Shown piece by piece: positions 15,471 through 24,018 of a stretch of DNA of 33,052 nt. How positions within the stretch are numbered: position 1 is the stretch's first letter; every line of letters begins with the position of its first letter. The stretch covers positions 1 to 33,052 of IMG/VR virus record IMGVR_UViG_3300028588_000066. One strand, written 5' to 3'. Under the pieces are notes generated by a model that did not search any database, had not been told where the DNA came from, and was given only the letters and a program-made list of their open reading frames with translations. A program made the translations under genes and the position numbers. The DNA comes from a virus. Its lineage: Duplodnaviria > Caudoviricetes.

Positions 15471-15529
15471 GATGTACCCCTTCGTTTGTGATGGATCTTC
15501 AAGGTACTGGCGGGGGCCGACACTGAACC

Positions 15530-15746
15530 TCGGCGCGCACCACCCACACGCACAGCGCATGGCGGCTCCTCCTGCTGAACCCGGTGTGACGCCCGGCCAG
15601 TGGACGCGGAGTACGCACACCCACCAGCGGGGTGCCGCTGCGCGCCGATCCCACCTTCGAGCGGGGCCGTCAACGCGGCCTCACTGTCCGCGAAGGACGC
15701 CCACGACGCCGTGACTCTCGGTGAGGCGTACCTGCGGCCCCGCTCG
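15530..15746. ncRNA. Candidate structured non-coding RNA (two closed domains)
   Basis: TCGGCGCGCA(15530-39)/TGCGCGCCGA(15639-48); CGAGCGGGGCCG(15658-69)/CGGCCCCGCTCG(15735-46) enclosing nested stems. Confidence 0.4.
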
Positions 15747-15749
15747 TCG

Positions 15750-16217
15750 CTAAGCCTCGGCCTCGCCAATCAAGGCCTCGCGCGCAACTCGGAGTGCTTC
15801 GAGTTCGGTTACGCCAATCTCGAACGAGGGCAGGCTGGTGGACGCGTAGTCCTTCGCCGGCCGAGAGAATCTCCTCTGCGCAGGGCCAGGCCCCGGTCCG
15901 ATGTACGGGCCCGAGGCCAGCTCGGCGAACTGATGCACGGTGGCGTCTACGACGAGGACGACGCAGCCGCGGCTGTCCCGCAGCTCGAGCCAGGTGTGAG
16001 CGTTTGACCAGCGCTCCGGATCGGTGCATGTGACTCGGTGCCATGACCCGAGGCCCAGGTCATCCAGCACGACACCCAGAGCGTACGAGGCAGCGTCGCA
16101 CGCGCCCCGGGGGAATCCGTCGAGTACGGAGCGCACTTCCTGCTGGGGTCGCTCCGCAAGGGCGCTCACTGCCGTCCGCACGACCCGTTCGACTTCCCTC
16201 ACGCTCAGTTCGTCCAT
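15750..16217 (-). CDS. Transglutaminase/papain-like Cys-His-Asp protein (moron)
   Basis: FPRGACDAAS...AHTWLE...VVDATVHQF; TACGGT 6 nt upstream of the ATG (leaderless signature). Confidence 0.75.
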   Translation of the reverse strand: MDELSVREVERVVRTAVSALAERPQQEVRSVLDGFPRGACDAASYALGVVLDDLGLGSWHRVTCTDPERWSNAHTWLELRDSRGCVVLVVDATVHQFAELASGPYIGPGPGPAQRRFSRPAKDYASTSLPSFEIGVTELEALRVAREALIGEAEA

Positions 16218-16243
16218 GCATCGACCGTACTCAGGAGGACAAC

Positions 16244-16579
16244 GTGAACCCCGTCGACATCGCCCGTGTCTGCCATGAGGCGAACCGGGTCGTGCAGCTC
16301 ATTGCTAAGGACCCTGCCCCATCGCCCGCATGGGACAGCGCACCCGAGTGGCAGCGCGAGTCCGCGGTCGAAGGCGTGCGTGAGGCTCAGGCCGGCGCCA
16401 CCCCCGAGCAGCTGCACGAGTCCTGGTGCGCCTTCAAGGCCAAGGCCGGCTGGGTCTACGGCGAGACGAAGGACAGCGACGCGAAGACGCACCCGTGCCT
16501 CGTCGCGTACGCCGACCTGCCCCTCGACCAGCGGCAGAAGGACAGCGTCTTCGCCGCTCTCGTCGCCGCTCTCAGCTAA
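16244..16579 (+). CDS. RyR (ryanodine receptor repeat) domain protein
   Basis: HESWCAFKAKAGWVYGETKD...KTHPCLVAYADLP...QKD; AGGAGG RBS before GTG 16244. Confidence 0.88.
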   Translation: MNPVDIARVCHEANRVVQLIAKDPAPSPAWDSAPEWQRESAVEGVREAQAGATPEQLHESWCAFKAKAGWVYGETKDSDAKTHPCLVAYADLPLDQRQKDSVFAALVAALS

Positions 16580-16591
16580 CACGGGCCGAGC

Positions 16592-16903
16592 ATGCCGGTC
16601 TGCACCGAGCACGGGTGCCCCGAGATCCTCCCCACCTCAGGCCGCTGCCCCACCCACACCCGGGCATCGTCCAGGAGGAGGGGGTCACGACAGGCACGGG
16701 GGTACGACAGGGCCCACGACGCCGAGCGCGCACGCCTCGCACCCATCGTCGCGACGGGCACAGTCAGCTGCGCACGCTGCGGCCACCTCATCGGCGCACG
16801 CGCACCGTGGGATCTCGGACACACCGACGACCGCACCGCGTGGACAGGGCCCGAGCACCAGCACTGCAACCGGCAGGCCGGGGGAAGGAAGGGGCACGCA
16901 TGA
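16592..16903 (+). CDS. HNH endonuclease, packaging-associated
   Basis: CTEHGC, CPTH, CARCG, WDLGHTDD, GPEHQHCNR; upstream of terminase. Confidence 0.85.
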   Translation: MPVCTEHGCPEILPTSGRCPTHTRASSRRRGSRQARGYDRAHDAERARLAPIVATGTVSCARCGHLIGARAPWDLGHTDDRTAWTGPEHQHCNRQAGGRKGHA

Positions 16904-17100
16904 CCCAGCACCACCGCCTCACGCTGCACGCAGGCGAGCACGTCATCCCCCTGGCCCAGCTCCACCACCCACGGATTACAGCAGACCAGCTGCTCACCCC
17001 GCACCAGGGACCGACCACACACATAGACGCCACACCACACAGCACCACACCACCGACCCCGCACACACAGCACGACACCAACGAGCCCACAGGCCCGTAG
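16900..17100 (+). CDS. His/Thr/Pro-rich hypothetical protein
   Basis: ATGA coupling to HNH and AAGGGG RBS; composition driven by C/A skew. Confidence 0.4.
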   Translation: MTQHHRLTLHAGEHVIPLAQLHHPRITADQLLTPHQGPTTHIDATPHSTTPPTPHTQHDTNEPTGP

Positions 17101-17164
17101 GCGCGACAACACCGACCAACCCACCCCGACGACCACCCCCCCTGCCGCCGCCGCACACGACGCC

Positions 17165-17230
17165 CCAGGGGTGGGGGGACCCCCCTCCGACCCCGCCCCT
17201 GGCGGACCGCCGGGGATGGGCCTCAGAAGT
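17165..17230. other. Candidate cos/packaging-initiation region
   Basis: Non-coding gap between HNH and terS; inverted repeat CCAGGGGTGGGG/CCCCGCCCCTGG; strand skew changes here. Confidence 0.45.
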
Positions 17231-17312
17231 GCGCGGGGTTCAGACATTCGCGGCTCCTCCCCTGGTGGGGCCTCCCTGACGCGGTCCGTGGCCGCTGAGG
17301 ACGTGATCCCGC

Positions 17313-17789
17313 ATGCCCCGTGGTGGCTCTCGAAACAGGTCTGGCCCGCAGCCTGATCCTGACTCCCTGACCAGTGAGCGTCGGGGCCTGACCTACAAGC
17401 TGCTGCCCCGTGAGGGCTTCACTGGGCGGGTGCCGGCGTGGCCTTTGCCGACGGCGACGCCCCGCGAGCGAGCGCTGTGGAAGTCGCTCTGGCGGACCCC
17501 GCAGGCCGCCGCGTGGAACGCGGAGCGGTGGCGGGTCTACGCGGTCGGGATGTACACCCGGTGGGCGGTCCGGGCCGAGGATCTCGAGGCGTCCGCGTCG
17601 ACCCTGGCGCAGGTGCACCGCCTGGCCGACCAGATCGGTCTCACCCCGGCGGGGCTGAAGGAGAACGGTTGGCGTCTCGCCGTCGACGAGCTCGGTGCGA
17701 AGCGTGACGCCGCGGCTCCGGCGACGACGAAGACGACGAGCTCGACGAGCACGGGCCCGACGGTCCGTCGGCTGAGAGCTGCGGAGTGA
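17313..17789 (+). CDS. terS: Terminase small subunit
   Basis: MPRGGSRNRSGP start, W..LWRTPQAAAW, IGLTPAG; coupled to terL. Confidence 0.85.
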   Translation: MPRGGSRNRSGPQPDPDSLTSERRGLTYKLLPREGFTGRVPAWPLPTATPRERALWKSLWRTPQAAAWNAERWRVYAVGMYTRWAVRAEDLEASASTLAQVHRLADQIGLTPAGLKENGWRLAVDELGAKRDAAAPATTKTTSSTSTGPTVRRLRAAE

Positions 17790-19447
17790 GCGAGTACGTC
17801 GTCGACTTCCCGACGCTCGGCGACATCCAGGACGCGTGGCTCGCGCAGCACGCTCGGGTCCCGAACGGCTTCCAGCGCGGCCGCGAGTTCGTGCAGGCCG
17901 ACTGGCAGTTCTGGTGCACGGCGAACCACTACCGGGTGCGCCCGGAGGCTGAGTGGGTCCCGGAGGCGCCGCTGCTGAACCAGGCGTTCGTCTACCGGCG
18001 TTCGCAGATCGTCGGCCCGCAGAAGATCGGGAAGGGCCCCTGGTCCGCGGGCATCGTCGCGCTCGAGGCGGTCGGCCCGACGATCTTCGGCGGCTGGGCG
18101 GGGAAGGGCGACGGCTACGCCTGCTCTGAGCACGGCTGCGGGTGTGGCTGGGAGTACGAGTACCTGCCCGACGAGCCCATGGGGATCCGGCACCCGTCAC
18201 CCCTGATCCAGATGACGGCGATCTCGGAGGAGCAGGTCAACAACGTCTGGCGGCCGCTGCGCGCGATGATCTCGCTCGGGCCGCTGTCGGACCTGCTGCT
18301 CCCCCGCGGCAACTTCATGAAGATCGCAGGCCAGAACGACGATCCCGAGCTCGACCGCATCGACAAGGTGACGGCGTCCGCGCTGTCGCGGCTCGGCAAC
18401 CCGCTGAGCTTCGCGCTGCAGGACGAGTCGGGCCTCGCGACCCGCGAGAACAAGATGCGCGACGTCTACGAGACGCAGCGTCGCGGTGCCGCCGGCATGG
18501 GCGGGCGCTCGATGGAGACGACGAACACGTGGAACCCTGCGGCGGACAGCGTCGCGCAGTCGACGAGTGAGTCGTCGGCGAAGGACGTCTTCCGCTACTG
18601 GCGGCAGCCGCCGGCGCACCTGTCGTATCGCAACAAGCGTGAGCGGCCGCGGATCCACGCGTTCGTCTACGAGGGCTCCCCGTGGGTCGACCTCGACTCG
18701 ATCGAGGCTGAGGCGGCCGAGCTGCTCGAGCGGGATCCCGCTCAGGCGGAGCGCTTCTTCGGCAACCGGGTCGTCACGGGCACGGGCGCCTGGCTCGCGG
18801 ACACCGCCCTGGACGCGTGGAAGACGAAGGTCGAGATCCGCGACCGGCCCCTGTCGGAGCCGGTGTGCCTTGGCTTCGACGGCTCGGACGTCGACGACTG
18901 GACTGCGATCCGCCTCGAGACGTTCGACTTCCACCAGTTCACGCCGGTCGACGCGATTGGCCGGCCGACGATCTGGAACCCGGCGGAACACGATGGGCGA
19001 ATCCCGCGCGAGGACGTCATGGCGGCGTTCGCGCATGTGTTCGCCAGCTACGACGTCGTGCGCGCCTACCTCGACCCTCCCGGGTGGGAGTCGCAGGTGT
19101 CGGCGCTGCAGGGCAAGTACGGCGAGAAGCGCGTCATCGAATGGGCGACGTACCGGATCAAGCCGATGCACGAGGCGCTCGAGCGGTTCCGGAACGACAT
19201 CGTCGACCCGAAGTCGGGGCTCTCGCACGACGAGGACCGGGCGGTGGAGACGCACCTGAAGAACGCGGTCATGCGGGGCCGGACGGGGAAGACCTACATC
19301 CTCGGCAAGGCGTCGCACACCCAGAAGATCGACGCCGTCATGGCGTCGACGCTGGCCCATGAGGCCGTGAACGACGCGATCGCGGGCGATGACATCGCGA
19401 AGCGCAAGGCGCCGGCGATCTCGACGACGTTCTACGGATTCAGCTAG
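17786..19447 (+). CDS. terL: Terminase large subunit
   Basis: GPQKIGKG Walker A, ALQDESG Walker B, LGFDGSDVDDWTA and KIDAVMA nuclease motifs. Confidence 0.93.
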   Translation: MSEYVVDFPTLGDIQDAWLAQHARVPNGFQRGREFVQADWQFWCTANHYRVRPEAEWVPEAPLLNQAFVYRRSQIVGPQKIGKGPWSAGIVALEAVGPTIFGGWAGKGDGYACSEHGCGCGWEYEYLPDEPMGIRHPSPLIQMTAISEEQVNNVWRPLRAMISLGPLSDLLLPRGNFMKIAGQNDDPELDRIDKVTASALSRLGNPLSFALQDESGLATRENKMRDVYETQRRGAAGMGGRSMETTNTWNPAADSVAQSTSESSAKDVFRYWRQPPAHLSYRNKRERPRIHAFVYEGSPWVDLDSIEAEAAELLERDPAQAERFFGNRVVTGTGAWLADTALDAWKTKVEIRDRPLSEPVCLGFDGSDVDDWTAIRLETFDFHQFTPVDAIGRPTIWNPAEHDGRIPREDVMAAFAHVFASYDVVRAYLDPPGWESQVSALQGKYGEKRVIEWATYRIKPMHEALERFRNDIVDPKSGLSHDEDRAVETHLKNAVMRGRTGKTYILGKASHTQKIDAVMASTLAHEAVNDAIAGDDIAKRKAPAISTTFYGFS

Positions 19448-19461
19448 ACGAAGGAGGCGGG

Positions 19462-20973
19462 ATGGCCGTCACAGACCACGCGGTCGCACGCGACCGGCTC
19501 GCCCTCGGGCTGTCGCAGCTCGCAGGGCGAGCCAAGATCGTGCAGCGGCGCGAGGACTACGTGCACGGCAAGCAGGATCTGCCGTTCGCGCCCTACGGCG
19601 CCTCGGCCGAGTACGAGGATCTTCGGGAGCAGGCGCCGGCGAACATCCTCGGCATCGCGATCGGGGCGCCGACGCAGCGCATGCGTGCGGACTCGATGAA
19701 GACGAGCCTGTCGGACGAGGACGAGAAGAAGCTCTGGTCGGGCGCCTGGCATGCGAACAAGCTCGACACCCGCCAGGACCTCGTCTACCGCTCGATGATG
19801 ATCCACGGCCGAGGCATCGTCTCGTGCTGGCCGAACCAGGCGCGTCGCGATCGCCCGATCGTCAGGCCCGAGTCGTACGCGCGCGTGCACATCGAGATGG
19901 ACCCCGACGACCCCTTCACGCCGCTCTACGCCGTGAAGTCGTACACGGTCACGGACGGAGCCAGCAACGGCCTCATCCTGCCGGCGTCGGTGAGTCGCGA
20001 GCGGCAGGTCGGCATCGTCTACGACGCGACGACGATGGTGCGCTTCGAGCGGCCGGCGGCAGGCGGCGAGTGGACGGCCACCGCGGACAGCACGCACCCG
20101 ATGCGCCGCGTGCCGTTCGCGGTCTACGACTACCAGCCGGACGCCGACGGGCGCCCGTGGTCGGCGATAGACCCTCTGATGCCTCAGCAGGACGCGCTGA
20201 ACACGATCCGCTTCAACACGCTCCTGGCGATGCAGTTCGCTGCGTTCCGGCAGAAGATCGTGACAGGCTTCGACCCGCGCGTCGTCGACAAGGACGGGAA
20301 CGTCCTCTACAAGACGAACTCGGACGGGACCCCGGCGCTCGACGCGAACGGGCGGATGCAGCCGCTGCTGCAGTCACCGGGCCGCGTCGGCGTCGACCGG
20401 ATCATGGCCTTCCCCGGCGCCGACACGAAGGTCTTCGACCTGCCGGAGTCGAACCTGGCGAACTACGTCGAGGTCTGGGACATGTTCCTGACGACGTTCT
20501 TCAGCACGGCGCAGATCCCGCCGCAGTACCAGCTCGGGCAGATGGTGAACCTCTCGGGTGACGCGCTGACGGCGGCCGAGTCGACCCTGGCGTCGCTCGT
20601 CAAGGAGCTGCAGCTGGCGGCCGGCGAGGGCCACGAGGACATGCTCGAGCTGGCCTACTACGCGTCCGGCGGCACGGAGGACTTCGAGCCCACGGCCGAG
20701 ATGGACTGGCTCGACGCGGAGGCGCGCTCGTTCTCGCAGGTCGTCGACGGCGTGCAGAAGCTCATCTCGACGGGGTTCCCGAAGCGGGCCGCGTACGAGA
20801 TGCTCCCGGGCGCGACGAAGACGAAGCTCGACGACTGGATGGACCTGATCGACGAGGAGCGGACGAACACCCGCCTAGCGCAGATCACGCGCCCCTTCGC
20901 CGACGTGACCATCCCGGCGCCGCTCGAGCTCGAGGCAGGAGGCGACGATGCCGCTCCCAGCAGCGGCGGTTAG
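19462..20973 (+). CDS. Portal protein (SPP1 gp6-like)
   Basis: 503 aa after terL; DYVHGKQ, QDALN, NLSGDAL motifs. Confidence 0.9.
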   Translation: MAVTDHAVARDRLALGLSQLAGRAKIVQRREDYVHGKQDLPFAPYGASAEYEDLREQAPANILGIAIGAPTQRMRADSMKTSLSDEDEKKLWSGAWHANKLDTRQDLVYRSMMIHGRGIVSCWPNQARRDRPIVRPESYARVHIEMDPDDPFTPLYAVKSYTVTDGASNGLILPASVSRERQVGIVYDATTMVRFERPAAGGEWTATADSTHPMRRVPFAVYDYQPDADGRPWSAIDPLMPQQDALNTIRFNTLLAMQFAAFRQKIVTGFDPRVVDKDGNVLYKTNSDGTPALDANGRMQPLLQSPGRVGVDRIMAFPGADTKVFDLPESNLANYVEVWDMFLTTFFSTAQIPPQYQLGQMVNLSGDALTAAESTLASLVKELQLAAGEGHEDMLELAYYASGGTEDFEPTAEMDWLDAEARSFSQVVDGVQKLISTGFPKRAAYEMLPGATKTKLDDWMDLIDEERTNTRLAQITRPFADVTIPAPLELEAGGDDAAPSSGG

Positions 20974-22234
20974 CCACTACCAGGAGCAGCAGGAGATCGC
21001 CGCGGCTGCCGTGGGAGACGTCGCCGACCTCTGGTCAGGCATGGGCGAGAACTTCGACCTGTCCTGGTCTCTGATCGGCGGCGACGTCTTCGCGACCGTC
21101 GTGCAGGCGCAGGGCCTCGCGGCGGCCTCCGGGCTCCGCTACGTGCCCGAAGTCGTCGACGAGCAGGGCCTCGACGCATCGTCGGTCGCCCCGATCAACG
21201 CGGCACGGTTCGAGGGAGGCACGCGCGACGGGCGGCCCGCCGAGACGCTGCTGCACGGTGCCGTCTACACGGCGAAGCGCGAGATGCTGGCCGGCGCCGG
21301 CACGGCGGGCGCCCTGAAGGTCGCGGGCGAGTGGCTGCAGGACGTCGTCCTCGACGTCGTGCGGGACGCGAACCGCCAGGCCGTCGGCGCCGCCATGGGG
21401 ACCACCCCGAAGGTGTCCGGCTGGGTCCGGATGCTGAATCCGCCGTCGTGCAAGTTCTGCATCACCCTCGCCGGGAAGTTCTTCCGGTGGAACCAGGGGT
21501 TCCAGGCCCACCCCGGGTGCGACTGCCGGCACATCCCCTCGCAGGAGGCGATCGCGGGCGACTTCACCGTCGACCCGTACGCCTACTTCAACGGCCTGCC
21601 CGCAGCGGAGCAGGACCGCCTCTTCGGCAAGAACGACGCCCGGGCGCTGCGCGACGGCGGCGACATCTACCGGGTCGTGAACATCCGGAGCCGCGGCCTG
21701 TCGGACGACGCCCTGAAGTCCTCCGGCGATCGCCGCGGCTGGCAGTCGAGGCGGTGGGACACCCCGTCGAAGATGACCGTCGACGACGTCTACCGCACCG
21801 CGCGGAACCGCGACGACGCCGTGCGCCTCCTCCGGGAGAACGGCTTCATCACGGGCGACCAGGTCGCGGGCGGCAATCTGAAGGGCAACGCGGGCGGCGG
21901 GCAGTTCGGCGACCTCGCCGCCGGCGCCCTCGGTCGCGGCGGCACCCGGAAGGGCGCGACGGCCGCGTACCGGAAGGCGGTCGCCTCGGGCGTCCGGGAT
22001 CCCCTCGAGCCCGCGACGCAGACGGCGGCGGAACGTCGCCTCCACACGGCGGTGTTGCGGAAGCAGGCCGTCGACCGCGGCAGCAACCCGTTCACCGCGA
22101 ACAGCCAGCGTGACCCGCTCACCCCGGAGATCCGGGCAGCGGTCGAGCGCGACTACCAGCGCCAGCTCGCCCGGCTGGCCGACGGGCCCGAGCAGGTGCG
22201 CACTCTCGCGCGTCTCCTCGGCGTCCTCAGCTAG
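20948..22234 (+). CDS. Minor capsid/MuF-like head morphogenesis protein
   Basis: GWVRML...CKFCITLAG...HPGCDCRHIP; between portal and scaffold. Confidence 0.75.
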   Translation: MPLPAAAVSHYQEQQEIAAAAVGDVADLWSGMGENFDLSWSLIGGDVFATVVQAQGLAAASGLRYVPEVVDEQGLDASSVAPINAARFEGGTRDGRPAETLLHGAVYTAKREMLAGAGTAGALKVAGEWLQDVVLDVVRDANRQAVGAAMGTTPKVSGWVRMLNPPSCKFCITLAGKFFRWNQGFQAHPGCDCRHIPSQEAIAGDFTVDPYAYFNGLPAAEQDRLFGKNDARALRDGGDIYRVVNIRSRGLSDDALKSSGDRRGWQSRRWDTPSKMTVDDVYRTARNRDDAVRLLRENGFITGDQVAGGNLKGNAGGGQFGDLAAGALGRGGTRKGATAAYRKAVASGVRDPLEPATQTAAERRLHTAVLRKQAVDRGSNPFTANSQRDPLTPEIRAAVERDYQRQLARLADGPEQVRTLARLLGVLS

Positions 22235-22300
22235 ACCCCGCCGGCGCCCCGCCGAGCGGTCACTTCGACGCCCCCGGCGTCACCTCCCAAGGAGATCAGC

Positions 22301-23017
22301 ATGACCATCTGCACCCACCCCACCGCGCTCGGCAAGCTGCCCGCGCACCTCGACCGCTTCGGCCTCATCTCGGGCCGCCAGGCGTACCCGCTGCGCCTCC
22401 GCTTCGGCGACGAGGGCGGCGACGGAACGGGCGCCGGCGGTGACGGCGGAGCGGGCGACGGTGAGGGCGACGGCGAGGACGGCGACAAGCTCGGGGACGC
22501 CGGCGCCCGTGCTCTCGAGCGCGCGAAGCGGCGGGACAAGGAGTCCCGCGCCGCACTGAAGGAGTACGCCGACCTGGGCCTCACCGCTGCCGAGATCAAG
22601 GCGATCGTCGACGAGAAGAACAAGGGCACGGCGCCCGACGCCGACGCGATCGCGAAGCAGGCCCGCCGCGACGCCGACAAGGCCGCGAACGAGCGACTGC
22701 ACGGGCGCCTCCGCTCGTCTTCGGTGCGCGAGCAGGCCGCGTCGCTCGACTTCATCGACCCGTCCGAGGCGCTCGCGCTCGTGGACCGGAAGGCGCTCGA
22801 CGCCGTCGAGGTCGACGACGACGACGAGGTCGACTCCCCCGCGATCAAGAAGCTGCTCGAGGAGCTCGCGACCAGGAAGCCGCACCTCCTCAAGACCAAG
22901 GACTCCGTCGCCGACTCCCGCATCGCGGGGATCGGCGCGAGGGGCTCGGGCGCCAAGCCCGAGTCGAAGCCCGGCCGCGACCGCATGCGCTCCGCTTACG
23001 AGTCGTCCGGAAAGTAA
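22301..23017 (+). CDS. Capsid scaffolding protein
   Basis: Gly/Asp-rich segment, coiled coil, KPHLL motif; directly before the capsid gene. Confidence 0.8.
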   Translation: MTICTHPTALGKLPAHLDRFGLISGRQAYPLRLRFGDEGGDGTGAGGDGGAGDGEGDGEDGDKLGDAGARALERAKRRDKESRAALKEYADLGLTAAEIKAIVDEKNKGTAPDADAIAKQARRDADKAANERLHGRLRSSSVREQAASLDFIDPSEALALVDRKALDAVEVDDDDEVDSPAIKKLLEELATRKPHLLKTKDSVADSRIAGIGARGSGAKPESKPGRDRMRSAYESSGK

Positions 23018-23065
23018 CGCTCCCGCACCCCGCGAGGAGCTCAACCACCGAAAGGAGGCAGCCGC

Positions 23066-24001
23066 ATGGCTGTCACTCTCCCCCAGGCTGCTCTCCTCTC
23101 GGAGAACGACCTGCAGCGCGGCGTCATCGAGACGTTCGTGCAGTCGTCGGTCATCCTCGACCGCATCCCGCTGATGGACATCGAGGGCAACGCGTACGCC
23201 TACAACGAGGAGGCGAGCCTGCCGGGCGTCGCCTTCCGTGGCGTAAACGAGGCCTACGTCGAGTCGACCGGCACGGTGAACCAGAAGTCGGAGTCGCTCG
23301 TCATCCTCGGTGGCGACGCCGACGTCGACCGGTTCATCGTCAAGACCCGCGGCAACCTGAACGACCAGCGTGCCGTCCAGACCGGCATGAAGGTCAAGGC
23401 GGCGTCGTACAAGTTCCAGGACGCGTTCTTCAACGGCGACGTCGCGGTCGAGCCGAAGGGCTTCGACGGGCTGAAGAAGCGTCTCGTCGGCGGCCAGGTG
23501 CTCGACGCGGCGACCAACGGCCTCGGTCCGGTCACCGCGGGCCACGACTTCTTCGACGCGCTCGACGCCCTCATCGCCTCGGTGAACGGCGACGTGTCGG
23601 CGCTCTACGCGAACAAGAGCGTGATCGGCAAGATCAAGTCCTCGGCCCGCCGCCTCGGCGGGACCGACTACTTCGTCGACGAGCTCACGCAGAAGCGCAC
23701 GCTGACGTACAACGGCATCCCGCTGCTCGACCCGGGCGTCAACGCGGCCGGCGCCGCGATCCTGCCGCAGACCGAGACCGTCGGCAGCTCGAGCACGACG
23801 TCGTCGATCTACGCCGTCAAGTTCGGCGAGGACGAGGGCGACCAGGGCGTCACCGGCCTCAACAACGGAGGCGTGCAGGTCGAGGACCTCGGACAGCTGC
23901 AGGAGAAGCCCGCGTACCGCACCCGCATCGAGTTCTACACGGGCCTCGCCGTCTTCGGCGGCAAGGCAGCGGCCCGCCTCCGTGGCGTCCTGGCCGCCTG
24001 A
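23066..24001 (+). CDS. Major capsid protein
   Basis: 311 aa, strong RBS, FRGVNE, GFDGL, YRTRIEFYTGLAV; position after scaffold. Confidence 0.9.
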   Translation: MAVTLPQAALLSENDLQRGVIETFVQSSVILDRIPLMDIEGNAYAYNEEASLPGVAFRGVNEAYVESTGTVNQKSESLVILGGDADVDRFIVKTRGNLNDQRAVQTGMKVKAASYKFQDAFFNGDVAVEPKGFDGLKKRLVGGQVLDAATNGLGPVTAGHDFFDALDALIASVNGDVSALYANKSVIGKIKSSARRLGGTDYFVDELTQKRTLTYNGIPLLDPGVNAAGAAILPQTETVGSSSTTSSIYAVKFGEDEGDQGVTGLNNGGVQVEDLGQLQEKPAYRTRIEFYTGLAVFGGKAAARLRGVLAA

Positions 24002-24018
24002 GCGAAGGAGAAGAACGC

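Noticed and set aside
15658-15746. Hammerhead ribozyme in the multibranch structure
   Set aside because: The GTCC..GGAC stem resembles stem II, but the CUGANGA and GAAA core motifs are absent on both strands.
11219-19447. Inteins or introns in DnaB or TerL
   Set aside because: Both have ordinary lengths and contiguous motifs; no intein C...HN signature or LAGLIDADG motif seen.
20948-22234. MuF-fused polymorphic toxin
   Set aside because: The C-terminal extension shows no toxin motif I recognise, and no immunity ORF follows.
2236-24001. C-terminal -AA/-AAA ends on several proteins as ssrA-like degrons
   Set aside because: Present (Dam RAAA, C5 MTase EAAA, N4/N6 MTase DGAA, capsid VLAA) but explainable by GC bias and RBS/overlap constraints; not separable from chance here.
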